Shown: positions 18,464-28,077, numbered from the stretch's first letter. The stretch is 64,000 nucleotides of DNA from Vicinamibacteria bacterium (GCA_963422395.1 OY729431.1:352001-416000), one strand, 5' to 3'. Notes: generated by a model not told the origin, from the sequence alone. Translations and numbers: made by a program.

Positions 18464-19738
18464 ATGCGGGCGTCCTCCGCCGTGTCAAAGATACGAGCCG
18501 TCTTCTGGTGCTGGGCCTTCGCTGCGGCGTTCGCCTGCGGTCCGCCTGCCCGGGCTCCCGCGGACGCCTCTCCCCGGACCGCCGACGCCCTCGCGGAACG
18601 CTACGTCCGGTTGGCGTTCGCGCTCGACGCCCTCGATCCTCTGTTCCTCGATCTGGTCTTCGTTTCCGCACCAGCCGGCCTGCGAGGTAGCGACGGAAGC
18701 CCGGCGCTCTCGCTCGCCGAAATCGCGGAACGCGCCGGTCGCCTCGCCGAGGCTGCGGGAGGCATCGCGCGCACCGAGGACGAATTCCGCGTGCGCCGGA
18801 TCACCGCTTCGATTCGGGCGTTGGGCTTTCGCGCCCGCGCGCTGCTCGGCGAACGCCGAACGGTTCGGGAGGAGTTGCGCGAGGTGTTCGGCCTCGACTG
18901 GACCGAGCCGGCCATCGCCCTCGAACGCCTCCACTTCCGGGTGGACCGCGCCCTTCCCGGAGTGGGGCCGCTCCGGGTGCGGGTCCGCCGGCACTACGAA
19001 CGGGCCGGCGTTTCCAGCGAGAGCGCTTCTTCCTCCCTCGCCGAGGCCCTCGCCCGGTGCCGCGCGCGGATGCTCCCGGAGCCGGCGCCGCTCGCGCTCG
19101 AACCGCTGCGCCTCGCGTGGGTCCCTCCTGCCGCTGCGTCGCGGCTGCCGACCGGACCGGCACCCTTCTACCGCTATGAGGGGGCGGGGCGCGGGGTGCT
19201 CCGGTTGCCTGCCGGCCTCGCTTTCCGGCCTGGGGAATTCGACCGGCTCGCCTGCCACGAGGGGGTCCCCGGCCACCATTTGCAGGCAGTGGTCGCCGAT
19301 CGGCACTTCCGCGCCACCGGCTGGCCGGAACTGGGGATCGTCCCACTCTACGGGCCGCGCACTGCGGTGTTCGAGGGCCTCGCCGCGACCTTCGAGCGGT
19401 TGGCGCCCGCCGATGCTGCGGACGAAGCTCTCCGGGATCTCGAACCGGTCGTCACCGGGGTGCTCGCCCGCTACCTCGACGGCGAACTCGGCCGTCTCGA
19501 GGCGCTGCGGGCTCTCGATTTCGAAGCGCTCGTTCCCGATCCGCATGCTCTCCTCGACCACGCCGACCGCTTCGGGGGGTACGCTTTGGTTCGGCCCCCG
19601 GCCGATCCCGTGTTCCGCGCCGCTCTCGAAACCCTGCTCGACCCCGGCCTCAGTCGGGATGACCGCTTCCGAACCACCGTGCGGGTTATCCGGGAGGCGA
19701 TGAGCCCGCGGGAACTCGTGGAGGTGCTGGGGCGATGA
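18464..19738 (+). CDS. DUF885-like zincin lipoprotein
   Basis: Lipobox-like AFAC, LACHEGVPGHHLQ, downstream EGLA. Confidence 0.6.
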   Translation: MRASSAVSKIRAVFWCWAFAAAFACGPPARAPADASPRTADALAERYVRLAFALDALDPLFLDLVFVSAPAGLRGSDGSPALSLAEIAERAGRLAEAAGGIARTEDEFRVRRITASIRALGFRARALLGERRTVREELREVFGLDWTEPAIALERLHFRVDRALPGVGPLRVRVRRHYERAGVSSESASSSLAEALARCRARMLPEPAPLALEPLRLAWVPPAAASRLPTGPAPFYRYEGAGRGVLRLPAGLAFRPGEFDRLACHEGVPGHHLQAVVADRHFRATGWPELGIVPLYGPRTAVFEGLAATFERLAPADAADEALRDLEPVVTGVLARYLDGELGRLEALRALDFEALVPDPHALLDHADRFGGYALVRPPADPVFRAALETLLDPGLSRDDRFRTTVRVIREAMSPRELVEVLGR

Positions 19739-20283
19739 GACGCCTCGCTGCCCTCCCTGCGATTTGCCTGTTCTCCTGTTGTCTGTTCGCCTGCGGAGTG
19801 CCGGGTGAAGATCCAGACGCCGCCGGTGGCATGGATGGGACGGCTGGGATGGGCGGTATGGCGATGGCACACGGCGACCATTCTCCCCGCTATGGCGGCC
19901 ATGTGTTCATGCACGGCGATCTCCACTTCGAGGTCGTGCTCGGCGATAGCGGCGAACACCGCATCTACTTTTCGGACGCGATGCGGAGTGAGTTGCCGGC
20001 GGCAGTCGCCGAAGATGTACGGATCACCTTGCGGCGTGGTGGAGAAGGCGGGGAACTCGAACCACTCCGTCCCGAGATCGACGAGTTCGGCGAAGCCTGG
20101 GTGGCGCGCAGCCGCCCCATCGAGAGTGAAGACACTGCGGCCATCGTGTACTTCCGCTTCGAAGGCTCTCCTTACGAAATCGAAGTCCCCTACCTCATGG
20201 CGCCGCCCACGGTGGACCCGCATACCGGCAGGCTGCTTCCGGCGGCGCCCCCTCCGGATCCCCGCGGCGGTTCGGCGCCCTGA
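19735..20283 (+). CDS. His/Met-rich hypothetical lipoprotein
   Basis: Lipobox LFAC, GMDGTAGMGGMAMAHGDHSPRYGGHVFMHGDLHFEVV. ATGA overlap with the upstream gene. Confidence 0.7.
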   Translation: MRRLAALPAICLFSCCLFACGVPGEDPDAAGGMDGTAGMGGMAMAHGDHSPRYGGHVFMHGDLHFEVVLGDSGEHRIYFSDAMRSELPAAVAEDVRITLRRGGEGGELEPLRPEIDEFGEAWVARSRPIESEDTAAIVYFRFEGSPYEIEVPYLMAPPTVDPHTGRLLPAAPPPDPRGGSAP

Positions 20284-20418
20284 TCGCCGGCAAATCCGGA
20301 CGGTGGACTCGATGAAGTGATTCGCCGGCGGATCCTGGCTCGTGACCGGCGGAACCCGCTTGTCCCGATGGAGCCGAGCGCCGCGGAGTAGGGCCGAAAA
20401 CTCCGCCCCGAAGCGGGC

Positions 20419-21765
20419 CTACTCGGAGCGCAGCGCCACGATCGGATCGAGTCTCGACGCTCGCCGGGCGGGGTACCAGCCGAAAAAGACTCCGACCCCC
20501 GCTGCCAGCGTTGCGGCTCCCGCGACCGCGAGCGCCGGGATCAGCGTGCGCCAGCCGAGCAGCGCCTCGACCACCGAGGAGGAAAGCCCGCCGATCGCGA
20601 CCCCGAAGATTCCGCCCAGTACCGAAAGCCCCACCGCCTCGGCGAGGAACTGCCACATGACATCGCGCCGCCGCGCCCCCACCGCGAGCCGCAGTCCGAT
20701 CTCGCGGGTCCGCTCGGTGACTGCGAGCAGCATCACATTCATGATTCCGACGCCGCCCACGATCAGCGAGACGCCGGCGAGCGCTCCGAGCAGGAGCGTC
20801 ATCGTCGAGGTCGCCCGGTTCAGTGTGCCCACCATCTCTTCCGAGGTCACTTCGTCCAGTTTCGGCATCGAGGCGAGTACGAAGGCCGCCGCAGTGGTGT
20901 AGAGCCCCTGGGTCAGCGCCGAAGTGGCTTCGGTTCGTACCACGAAGTCGTCCGGCAGCCGCGCCCCGCGCCGGAAGGCGTGCGGTGCGTCGGACTCCGG
21001 AGGCGGTGCGGAGCGAGTCAGTTCGTGCCGTTCGCGCAACAGGTTCGACACGGCCCGCGCTACCCGAGAAGCGTCGCCGGCGCGCTCGGTTGCGATCGCC
21101 ACCGCCTGCAGATAGTCCCTGCCCACGAGTTCGAGCAACACCGGATAGGGGACCATGACCGCCTCGGCGAGCCGCCGGTCCGCCGACTGATAGACCCCGG
21201 CCACCTCGAATTCCCTCCCCCGGATCACCACCGTGCGCCCCACTGCAGATCCGCCGGGAAACAGTTCGGTCTCCACCGGGCCGGAGAGGAGCGCCGCCGG
21301 GCGCGCCTGCCGGACCGCTGCCGCGCCGAAGCTCCCCCCGTCGAGGAACCGCACCTGGTGGATCGAGGCGGCCTCGGCCGAGACTCCGAGGATCTGCGCG
21401 AACGATTCCCCGCTTTCCGACAGCAGCGCGGTTCGCTCCTCGACCACCGGGCTCACCATCGCCACTTCGGCGACCCCGCGGATCGCCTCGGCGTCTTCCA
21501 CGGTCAGAGTGTCGGCCCGTCCGAACCCCGAGGGGATGTTGACCGCGTCGCCGCCGCGGATGTAGTTGCCGGCGCGGACCACGATGATGTTCGTGCCGGC
21601 GGACCGGACTTCGTCCGCCACCGCCGCTCGCGCTCCCGAACCGAGAGCTGCCATCGTGATCACCGAGGCGACCCCGATGACCAGCCCGGTCAGCGCCAGC
21701 GCAGTCCGCAGCGGGTTCGCGGCGAGAGCCGCTCCTGCGGTTCGCAGCGGGAGGGGCGCTTCCAT
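20419..21765 (-). CDS. MacB/FtsX-type ABC permease
   Basis: NPLRTALALTG.IGV, VGGVGIMNVMLLAVTERTREIGLRLAVGA, YPARRASRLDPIVALRSE. Confidence 0.92.
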   Translation of the reverse strand: MEAPLPLRTAGAALAANPLRTALALTGLVIGVASVITMAALGSGARAAVADEVRSAGTNIIVVRAGNYIRGGDAVNIPSGFGRADTLTVEDAEAIRGVAEVAMVSPVVEERTALLSESGESFAQILGVSAEAASIHQVRFLDGGSFGAAAVRQARPAALLSGPVETELFPGGSAVGRTVVIRGREFEVAGVYQSADRRLAEAVMVPYPVLLELVGRDYLQAVAIATERAGDASRVARAVSNLLRERHELTRSAPPPESDAPHAFRRGARLPDDFVVRTEATSALTQGLYTTAAAFVLASMPKLDEVTSEEMVGTLNRATSTMTLLLGALAGVSLIVGGVGIMNVMLLAVTERTREIGLRLAVGARRRDVMWQFLAEAVGLSVLGGIFGVAIGGLSSSVVEALLGWRTLIPALAVAGAATLAAGVGVFFGWYPARRASRLDPIVALRSE

Positions 21766-21862
21766 GGGGATGTGGAGTCTATGGATCTCTTCCGCCGCCC
21801 GAAAAGCCGCGGGCGCCTGCGGCGAGAGCTGCCGACGGCCGAATCCACGGCGGTGCGGCTCA

Positions 21863-22041
21863 TTGACAAGGGCCGACCCGATTCAAGATACTCGCCGATT
21901 CGGTTTCAAAAAACCGAATTCTCTCCTCTGTCCTTGATCCGACGGCGGGCGAGAACTCCGCGATGGACACCGTAACCCCATGATTTTTAGTCTTCGCGGA
22001 GTGAATCGGGCATGTTTTGCAGAGCGCGGCCCACTTGTTGC
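21863..22041 (+). promoter_or_regulatory. Upstream regulatory region of the TonB-dependent receptor (palindrome, IHF-like site, sigma54-like box; alternative sigma70 promoter)
   Basis: TTGACA 21863-21868 with GATACT 21887-21892. Perfect inverted repeat ATTCGGTTT-N4-AAACCGAAT 21898-21919. AATCATGGGGTTA on the minus strand at 21973-21985. GG-N10-GC box CGGCCCACTTGTTGC 22027-22041. Confidence 0.45.
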
Positions 22042-22101
22042 GGTTCTGCTCACATCTTTCCCCAGTTCCATGCTTCCGACCCCACAGGAGGACCAAACAG
22101 C

Positions 22102-25005
22102 ATGAGAAAATCGATTCTCTTCAGCCTGCTGTTGGCTTGGCCGGCCTCGGCCTTCAGCCAGCAGATCTACGGGCGCCTCGAAGGCGCTGCCAACGACGCG
22201 CAGGGCCTCGTTCTCCCCGGAGTGACGGTCACCCTCGAATCCGAGGAACTCGTTGCCCCGCGGACGGCCACCACCGATGTGGACGGCTCCTACCGGTTCG
22301 CCCAGCTCGTCGCTGGCAGCTACGACCTGACCTTCGAGCTCGGCGGTTTCCAGACGGTCGTCTTCGAAGACGTCATCGTGGTCGGCGGTTCGACCTTCGA
22401 GATCAACGCCTCGATGGACATCGCTACGGTCGCCGAGACAGTGACCGTGACCGGCGAGTCGCCGGTGGTGGATGTGAAGACCACCGGGGTGTCGGCGACT
22501 TTCGACACCACCCAGCTCGAGGATGTCCCATCGGCTACCGACATGTGGGCGGTTCTTCAGCAGAGCCCCGGCGTCCGGATGCGCGGCTACGATGTGGGGG
22601 GATCCCACAAGAGCCAGCAGTCCGGCTACGAGACCTTCGGCGTCCGCGGCCAGAACCGGATCATCAACGATGGGGTGAACACCACCGAGGGCACTGGCGG
22701 CGCCGGCGGCTACTACGACTTCTACGCCATCGGCGAGTTCCAGGTGTCGGCACAAGGTGCCGATGTGGAGATGTCGACCCCAGGCGCGCAGGTGAACGCA
22801 GTGTGGAAGAGCGGCGGCAACGACTTCTCCGGCACTCAGCACGGGGCTTGGGAGCCTGCCGATTGGATCGCCGACAACATCACCTCTGACCTTTCTTCCC
22901 GCGGCGGGACATCGGCTCCGGTCGTCGAGTTCTACGAATATCACCTCGATCTGGGCGGTCCGATCGTGCGGGACAAGGCGTGGTTCTACGCGGCGTACAA
23001 CCGCTTCGTCATCGACCGGATCATCTCCGGACAGGATCCGAGTGTTGCCACCGATCTCGGTGACTTCGACATGTTCACCGTCAAGGCCAACGTGCAGCTG
23101 ACCGAGCGGGATCAATTCATAACCTTCCATCATTGGTCCTTGAAACAAAAGCCGTTCCGTGGGTTGTCTGCCAATGTTCCGGCCGAATCCATCCGCGCCC
23201 AGGATTCCTGGACTTGGTTGCACAAGGCCGAGTGGCAGCGCGTGTGGAGCGATCGGCTCTACTCGAACATCCAGGTGAACCATTTCGGCTTCGGCTGGCC
23301 GATGGTCCCTGCGGTGGACCCGGCCTCTGCTCCCCCTCGTATCGATCTCGGGACGGACAAGTTGACCGGTGCCGGTTGGGGAGTCTTCACCTGGTATCGC
23401 TGGAAACCGCATTCCACCGGCCAGTTCAACTACTACCTGCCCACGGATGCAGGTAGCCACGACTTGAAGTTCGGATGGGATTGGCAGATCGACGAATCGC
23501 AGTTCGGTTGGAATTCGAATTCCGGTGCTATTCGATACCGCGATGACAGCAACCAGGATCCAGCGAGGCCTCACAATGTGAGGGAAGTGGATTTCTGGAG
23601 TGTTCCCAACCTGAATTACGACCGGAACACCCATCTGGATTTCTTTCTCCAGGATGTGTGGACCATCAACGATCGACTGACACTGAATGCAGGTGTCCGA
23701 GTCGGAAGCCAGTTCATGGCGTACCTCGATTCCGACAATGTTCCTGGCGGACCTTGCGTCGATGGTCTCGGGTGTGTTCGTGAGATCGCCGATATCGATC
23801 CGAATGTGGCAGCTGCGCTTCCGCAGTTGTTCGGGCCTGGTGCTCCGGTGTCGGGAGACTCCGTCATCAACTGGTGGAATATCGCTCCGCGAGTGGGCTT
23901 CACCTACGATCTCACCGGCGAAGGGCGGTCCGTTCTCAAGGGTTACTGGGGCCGTTACTACAGCAACATGGGAACAGGGATCGACGATGCCAATCCAGGA
24001 AGCAACAAAAATGTTCGGTACGAATTCCTCGACCACAATGAGAACGGTTTGTTCGACGGCGTCGGAGAGCTCGGAGCGCGGCTCTCGGGCAGTACGGGGG
24101 CAGGTTTGGGCGTGGAGCGTCCCGAACCTGTGGGGGATCCTGTCGACTCCGGTCTCTGGGTGCCTCATGTGGATGAACTGAGCCTTTCTGGTGAGCACCA
24201 GCTCGGTGCCGATCTCGGATTGCGTGCCTCTTTCGTGCACAAGCGCCAGACGGGTGGCTGGGACAACCTGAATATCGCCAGGATAGGAACGCTCACGAAC
24301 ACGCAGAATGTTCCGTGCCCGGCAGCCTGCGACACGGCCGGATTCGGCGGCACCACTCTTGCTGTGAATGGCTTGCCCGACGGCGCCCCGACCAGCGAGA
24401 ATCTGTATACGAACACTCCGGACGGAGAGTCCGATTTCCGATGGAGTACGGTATCCCTCGGGGTCAATCGCCGCTTCCGGAACAACTTCTTCTGGAATGC
24501 CTACTTCGACTATCAGTGGCGGCATGAAGGCCGGACTCCGGGCCAATCCACCAGCCCCCTGACTACCGACCCGGTGGGCGTCGGTTGGAGCTATCCGTAC
24601 GGTCCGATCTCCCTGATTCAGGATGTAACGAACTGGCAGTTCAAATCCGCCGGACGGTATGTCATGCCATACGACATCGGTACAGCAGGTACTCTTCGTT
24701 TCGTCAGCGGCTTTCCGTGGGCACCCTTGCTCTCGATCGGCGTTCCGAATGTCGGCAATCAGACGATTTTCCTCGACGATATCGGTAACCGCAGGTCCGA
24801 TAATGTGATGATTCTGGACTTCCGTCTCGACAAGACTTTCCCCATCGGAAACACGGCGGAGATTCAGCTGATCGCAGACGTTTTCAACGCACTGAACAAC
24901 GCTTCCGAAACGAACTTCAACATGAGTGCCGGCAGTGCGTTCCGGGAGCCCATCGAATGGATCCAGGGGCGCACGATCGGATTCAGCGCGAGGTTGACTT
25001 TCTAA
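22102..25005 (+). CDS. TonB-dependent receptor-like outer-membrane protein with carboxypeptidase-regulatory N-domain
   Basis: AGGAGG RBS, signal peptide, G.VLPGVTVT, ETVTVTGESPVVD, LGGPIVRDKAWF, APRVGFTYDL, terminal ARLTF. Confidence 0.9.
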   Translation: MRKSILFSLLLAWPASAFSQQIYGRLEGAANDAQGLVLPGVTVTLESEELVAPRTATTDVDGSYRFAQLVAGSYDLTFELGGFQTVVFEDVIVVGGSTFEINASMDIATVAETVTVTGESPVVDVKTTGVSATFDTTQLEDVPSATDMWAVLQQSPGVRMRGYDVGGSHKSQQSGYETFGVRGQNRIINDGVNTTEGTGGAGGYYDFYAIGEFQVSAQGADVEMSTPGAQVNAVWKSGGNDFSGTQHGAWEPADWIADNITSDLSSRGGTSAPVVEFYEYHLDLGGPIVRDKAWFYAAYNRFVIDRIISGQDPSVATDLGDFDMFTVKANVQLTERDQFITFHHWSLKQKPFRGLSANVPAESIRAQDSWTWLHKAEWQRVWSDRLYSNIQVNHFGFGWPMVPAVDPASAPPRIDLGTDKLTGAGWGVFTWYRWKPHSTGQFNYYLPTDAGSHDLKFGWDWQIDESQFGWNSNSGAIRYRDDSNQDPARPHNVREVDFWSVPNLNYDRNTHLDFFLQDVWTINDRLTLNAGVRVGSQFMAYLDSDNVPGGPCVDGLGCVREIADIDPNVAAALPQLFGPGAPVSGDSVINWWNIAPRVGFTYDLTGEGRSVLKGYWGRYYSNMGTGIDDANPGSNKNVRYEFLDHNENGLFDGVGELGARLSGSTGAGLGVERPEPVGDPVDSGLWVPHVDELSLSGEHQLGADLGLRASFVHKRQTGGWDNLNIARIGTLTNTQNVPCPAACDTAGFGGTTLAVNGLPDGAPTSENLYTNTPDGESDFRWSTVSLGVNRRFRNNFFWNAYFDYQWRHEGRTPGQSTSPLTTDPVGVGWSYPYGPISLIQDVTNWQFKSAGRYVMPYDIGTAGTLRFVSGFPWAPLLSIGVPNVGNQTIFLDDIGNRRSDNVMILDFRLDKTFPIGNTAEIQLIADVFNALNNASETNFNMSAGSAFREPIEWIQGRTIGFSARLTF

Positions 25006-25038
25006 GCCGCCTTTCTAAAAAACCAAACGCGATACCCG

Positions 25039-25074
25039 AAGCCCGTCGCCTCCTGGAGAGGCGGCGGGCTTTCT
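25039..25074 (+). terminator. Intrinsic terminator hairpin
   Basis: AAGCCCGTCGCCTC-CTGGA-GAGGCGGCGGGCTT (14-bp stem, one G-U pair) followed by TCT, 33 nt after the receptor stop. Confidence 0.7.
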
Positions 25075-25409
25075 CGATGTTGCCCGTGAACCTCGAGACG
25101 TCGCGGGTTCGACAGATGCTTGCCCGATCGGATCTGAGCGCGACCGAGGAAGATGGCGGGGTGCACTGGATCGTCGAGACGAAAGGCCGAAACGCAACGA
25201 TTAGCCCCGTGAAACGGGGCGGTTCAGCCGGGGCCCCACCGGGAGAACTGGGCCGCGTGACTTCATCCACAGGCTGCTAGCTGTGACCTTGCGGTAGGTT
25301 GTTCACGCGAGCCCGATGCCCGGAACTCATGGGTATCCACGATCTCTCAGCAGGAGGAGGCCGAGCGGGTCGGGCATCCTCGCGGGAGCGGGTCTCGTAC
25401 CCTTGCCGA

Positions 25410-26846
25410 ATGGGGCCTTCCGATCCGGGCTCTTCGCCTGCGAAACCTGCGAAACATCGGGAGGAGGGCAGCCGGGGACTCGACATCTATGCCGTCCTCG
25501 CTGGGCTGATCGCCGCTGCGGCACTTGCGACCTGGATCCTTCCGGCGGGGCGCTACGAGCGCACGGTGCTTCCCGACGGGCGGCAAACCGTGGTGCCCGG
25601 GTCCTACCGGGTGGTCGAGTCCTCCCCCGCCGGGTTCTGGGAGGTCGTGACCGCCATTCCCGACGGCCTGGCCGACGCCGCGAGCGTAGTCTTCCTGGTC
25701 TTCCTGGTCGCCGGTTCCGTGGGGGTGATGCGCCGGGCCGGGATCCTCGATCTCGGGGTGGACCGGCTCATCGCGGCGACCGGTCGGCGCGTGGAGCTGC
25801 TGATTCCAGCGCTCATGTTCGCCTTCGCCGCGGTCTCTGGAGTCGTGGGGATGCCCGAGCTCTCCATCGCCTATCTGCCGATCGTGCTGCCGCTCTTGCT
25901 GCGGTTGGGATGCGGAAGGGCGACGGGAACGGCGGTGGCCCTGCTCCCGACGACGCTGGGTGCGGCCTTCGGAGTGACGGTGCCGGCGACGGTCGGGATC
26001 GGTCACCTGCTGGCGGAGCTACCGCTGTTCTCCGGCGCCTCCTACCGATTCCTGTTCTTCCTCATCGTGCAGACGGCGGCGGCGGTCTTCGTGGTCCGGC
26101 GGGCGCGCCGCGAGATCGCCGGTTCGCACCGAACCGGACTGCCCCCCGGCCCGATGCGGGCGCGGGAGGAGGGGGAAGCGGCGGCGCCGGCGGGTTTCAG
26201 CCGCCGGCAGCAGGCGGCGGGCTTCCTCGCGCTCGGATCGTTCTCTGCTCTGGTGGTTTCGGTCCTCACTCTCGGCTTCGGGTTCGCGGAGATCTCCGGG
26301 GCCTTCGTCGCCATGGCGGTCGTCGTTTCGCTGGTGGCCGGCCGCGGGGTGAACCGGATCTGCTCCGACTTCAACGAGTCCTTTCGGGAAATCCTCGTCG
26401 GGGCGCTGGTCTGCGGGGTAGCTCGGGGCGTCTCGGTAGTGATGACCGAGGGGGCGGTCATGGACACGATCGTCCACGGCGCCGCGCTGCTGGTTTCCTC
26501 GCTGCCGCCCGCGCTCACCGCGGTCGGCATCCTCCTGGGGCAGACGCTCTTCAACTTCCTCGTGCCTTCGGGAAGCGGGCAGGCACTCATCACCCTGCCG
26601 ATCCTGGTGCCGGTCGGCGACCTCGCCGGAGTGACCCGGCAGGTCGTGGTGCTCGCCACCCAGTGGGGCGACGGGATCACGAATATCGTCTTCCCGACTT
26701 CCGGCTATTTCATGGCCACCCTGGTGATGGCGCGGGTGGGGCTCGGGGAGTGGCTGCGGTATTACCTTCCGCTCTTCGCCGTCGTCCTCGCCGTTGCGGC
26801 CGCCGGGCTCGCGCTGGCGCAGGCGGTGGCGCTCGGGCCGTTCTGA
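25410..26846 (+). CDS. YfcC/DcuC-family membrane transporter
   Basis: ATWILPAGRYER, TVGIG..LAELPLFSG..YR, NFLVPSGSGQA.IT.PIL.P, Q.GDG.TN..FPTSG. Confidence 0.85.
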   Translation: MGPSDPGSSPAKPAKHREEGSRGLDIYAVLAGLIAAAALATWILPAGRYERTVLPDGRQTVVPGSYRVVESSPAGFWEVVTAIPDGLADAASVVFLVFLVAGSVGVMRRAGILDLGVDRLIAATGRRVELLIPALMFAFAAVSGVVGMPELSIAYLPIVLPLLLRLGCGRATGTAVALLPTTLGAAFGVTVPATVGIGHLLAELPLFSGASYRFLFFLIVQTAAAVFVVRRARREIAGSHRTGLPPGPMRAREEGEAAAPAGFSRRQQAAGFLALGSFSALVVSVLTLGFGFAEISGAFVAMAVVVSLVAGRGVNRICSDFNESFREILVGALVCGVARGVSVVMTEGAVMDTIVHGAALLVSSLPPALTAVGILLGQTLFNFLVPSGSGQALITLPILVPVGDLAGVTRQVVVLATQWGDGITNIVFPTSGYFMATLVMARVGLGEWLRYYLPLFAVVLAVAAAGLALAQAVALGPF

Positions 26847-26876
26847 GAACGGCACCTCGTCTTACGGAGACCAGAC

Positions 26877-27401
26877 ATGAAAACTCTCAGACTGCCGATC
26901 GAACCGATGACCGCGGAATCCTTCGCCCCCTACGGGGAGCTGATGGAACCGCAGGAGCGTCCCGCCGAGGGGAGGCGCTTCTTCCCGATCGACTTCCGGA
27001 TCCAGGGCCGCCTGACGGTGGATGTCATCTGGCAGCCCCTCGCGGGAAAGCGTTTTCGTCTGCTGGAACGGCATTTCGCGGTAACGCAGGCGTTCGTTCC
27101 CCTCGAGGGAGCGCCGGCGGTGGTGGCGGTAGCGCCGCCGACCGACCCGGACGACCCGGAAGCCGTCCCGAAGCCGGAAGCGGTGCGCGCGTTCCGGATC
27201 GACCCCGGGAAGGGATACGCCTACCGGATCGGCACCTGGCATTCGCTCGACCGCTACCTCCTCGAAGCGCCCGGAGCCAGTTTCTTGATCCTGAATGTGG
27301 ATCCGAATCCGACGCAGGTGGTGGACTACGCCGAGCGCTTCGGCGTCGAGTTCGAGATCGGGCCAGCGCTCAGCCGTCCGGAAGCGGCTTCCGGCGGGTG
27401 A
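26877..27401 (+). CDS. allA: Ureidoglycolate lyase family protein
   Basis: EPMTAESFAPYG, LERH..TQAFVPL, VRAF, G..Y..GTWH. Confidence 0.75.
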   Translation: MKTLRLPIEPMTAESFAPYGELMEPQERPAEGRRFFPIDFRIQGRLTVDVIWQPLAGKRFRLLERHFAVTQAFVPLEGAPAVVAVAPPTDPDDPEAVPKPEAVRAFRIDPGKGYAYRIGTWHSLDRYLLEAPGASFLILNVDPNPTQVVDYAERFGVEFEIGPALSRPEAASGG

Positions 27402-28077
27402 GCGCGTCGAGTTCGCGCCCGATCTCCTCCCGTTCGGTGCGGAGGCGGGCGGCGTCGAGGGCGCTCTCGAACCGGTTCGGATGGCGCGGCGCCACCGGAA
27501 GGCCGCTCGCGCCGATCGCCGCGAGCGAGGCTTCGATGTCCAGGAGTCGTTCCCGCAGCTCGGCGGCCCGTTCTGCCTGCTCCGTCGGGCCGGCTGCCGG
27601 CGGTTCGGGATCGAAAGTGCTGTCTGCTTCCTCTTCTCCCACTTCGTCTTCCAGGTCCACTTCGCCTCTCCCCGAGTCGTCTTCTCCCGTATCCGCTTCC
27701 CAGCCTGCCCCCTCTTCCGGCGGCCAGAGATCGCGGCTCGGGAGAACGGCTGCCCCGAAGGGGTCCGGGGAGGGCCCCCGAGAGCGGTCCGGGCGATGGA
27801 ATCCGGCGAGGTCGGTATCGGTGAAGAGCGGCGCCGGGCCGCGCTCCCGGCGGCTCGCCGCCACCCGGGCGCGGTTTCGCTGCGCGGCCTCGACGAGGAT
27901 GGTCTGAAGACGGCCTTCTCGTTCTTCGGCCGGTAGCAGGGCCCTTTCCTCGGGGTCCCAGACAGCGGTCTCACCGAGACCGCCGGCAGCGAGAAACGCC
28001 GTGAAGGCGGTGACGGCGAGAACCGCAGGGCGCGGTTCAGCCGATGGCCGGATCGCCGAAACGGTTCCGGAGGACAT
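27370..28077 (-). CDS. Hypothetical exported acidic/coiled-coil protein
   Basis: Hydrophobic N-segment, EAA..NR.R...FTDTDL motif, acidic linker, C-terminal coiled coil. Start is uncertain. Confidence 0.55.
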   Translation of the reverse strand: MSSGTVSAIRPSAEPRPAVLAVTAFTAFLAAGGLGETAVWDPEERALLPAEEREGRLQTILVEAAQRNRARVAASRRERGPAPLFTDTDLAGFHRPDRSRGPSPDPFGAAVLPSRDLWPPEEGAGWEADTGEDDSGRGEVDLEDEVGEEEADSTFDPEPPAAGPTEQAERAAELRERLLDIEASLAAIGASGLPVAPRHPNRFESALDAARLRTEREEIGRELDALTRRKPLPDG

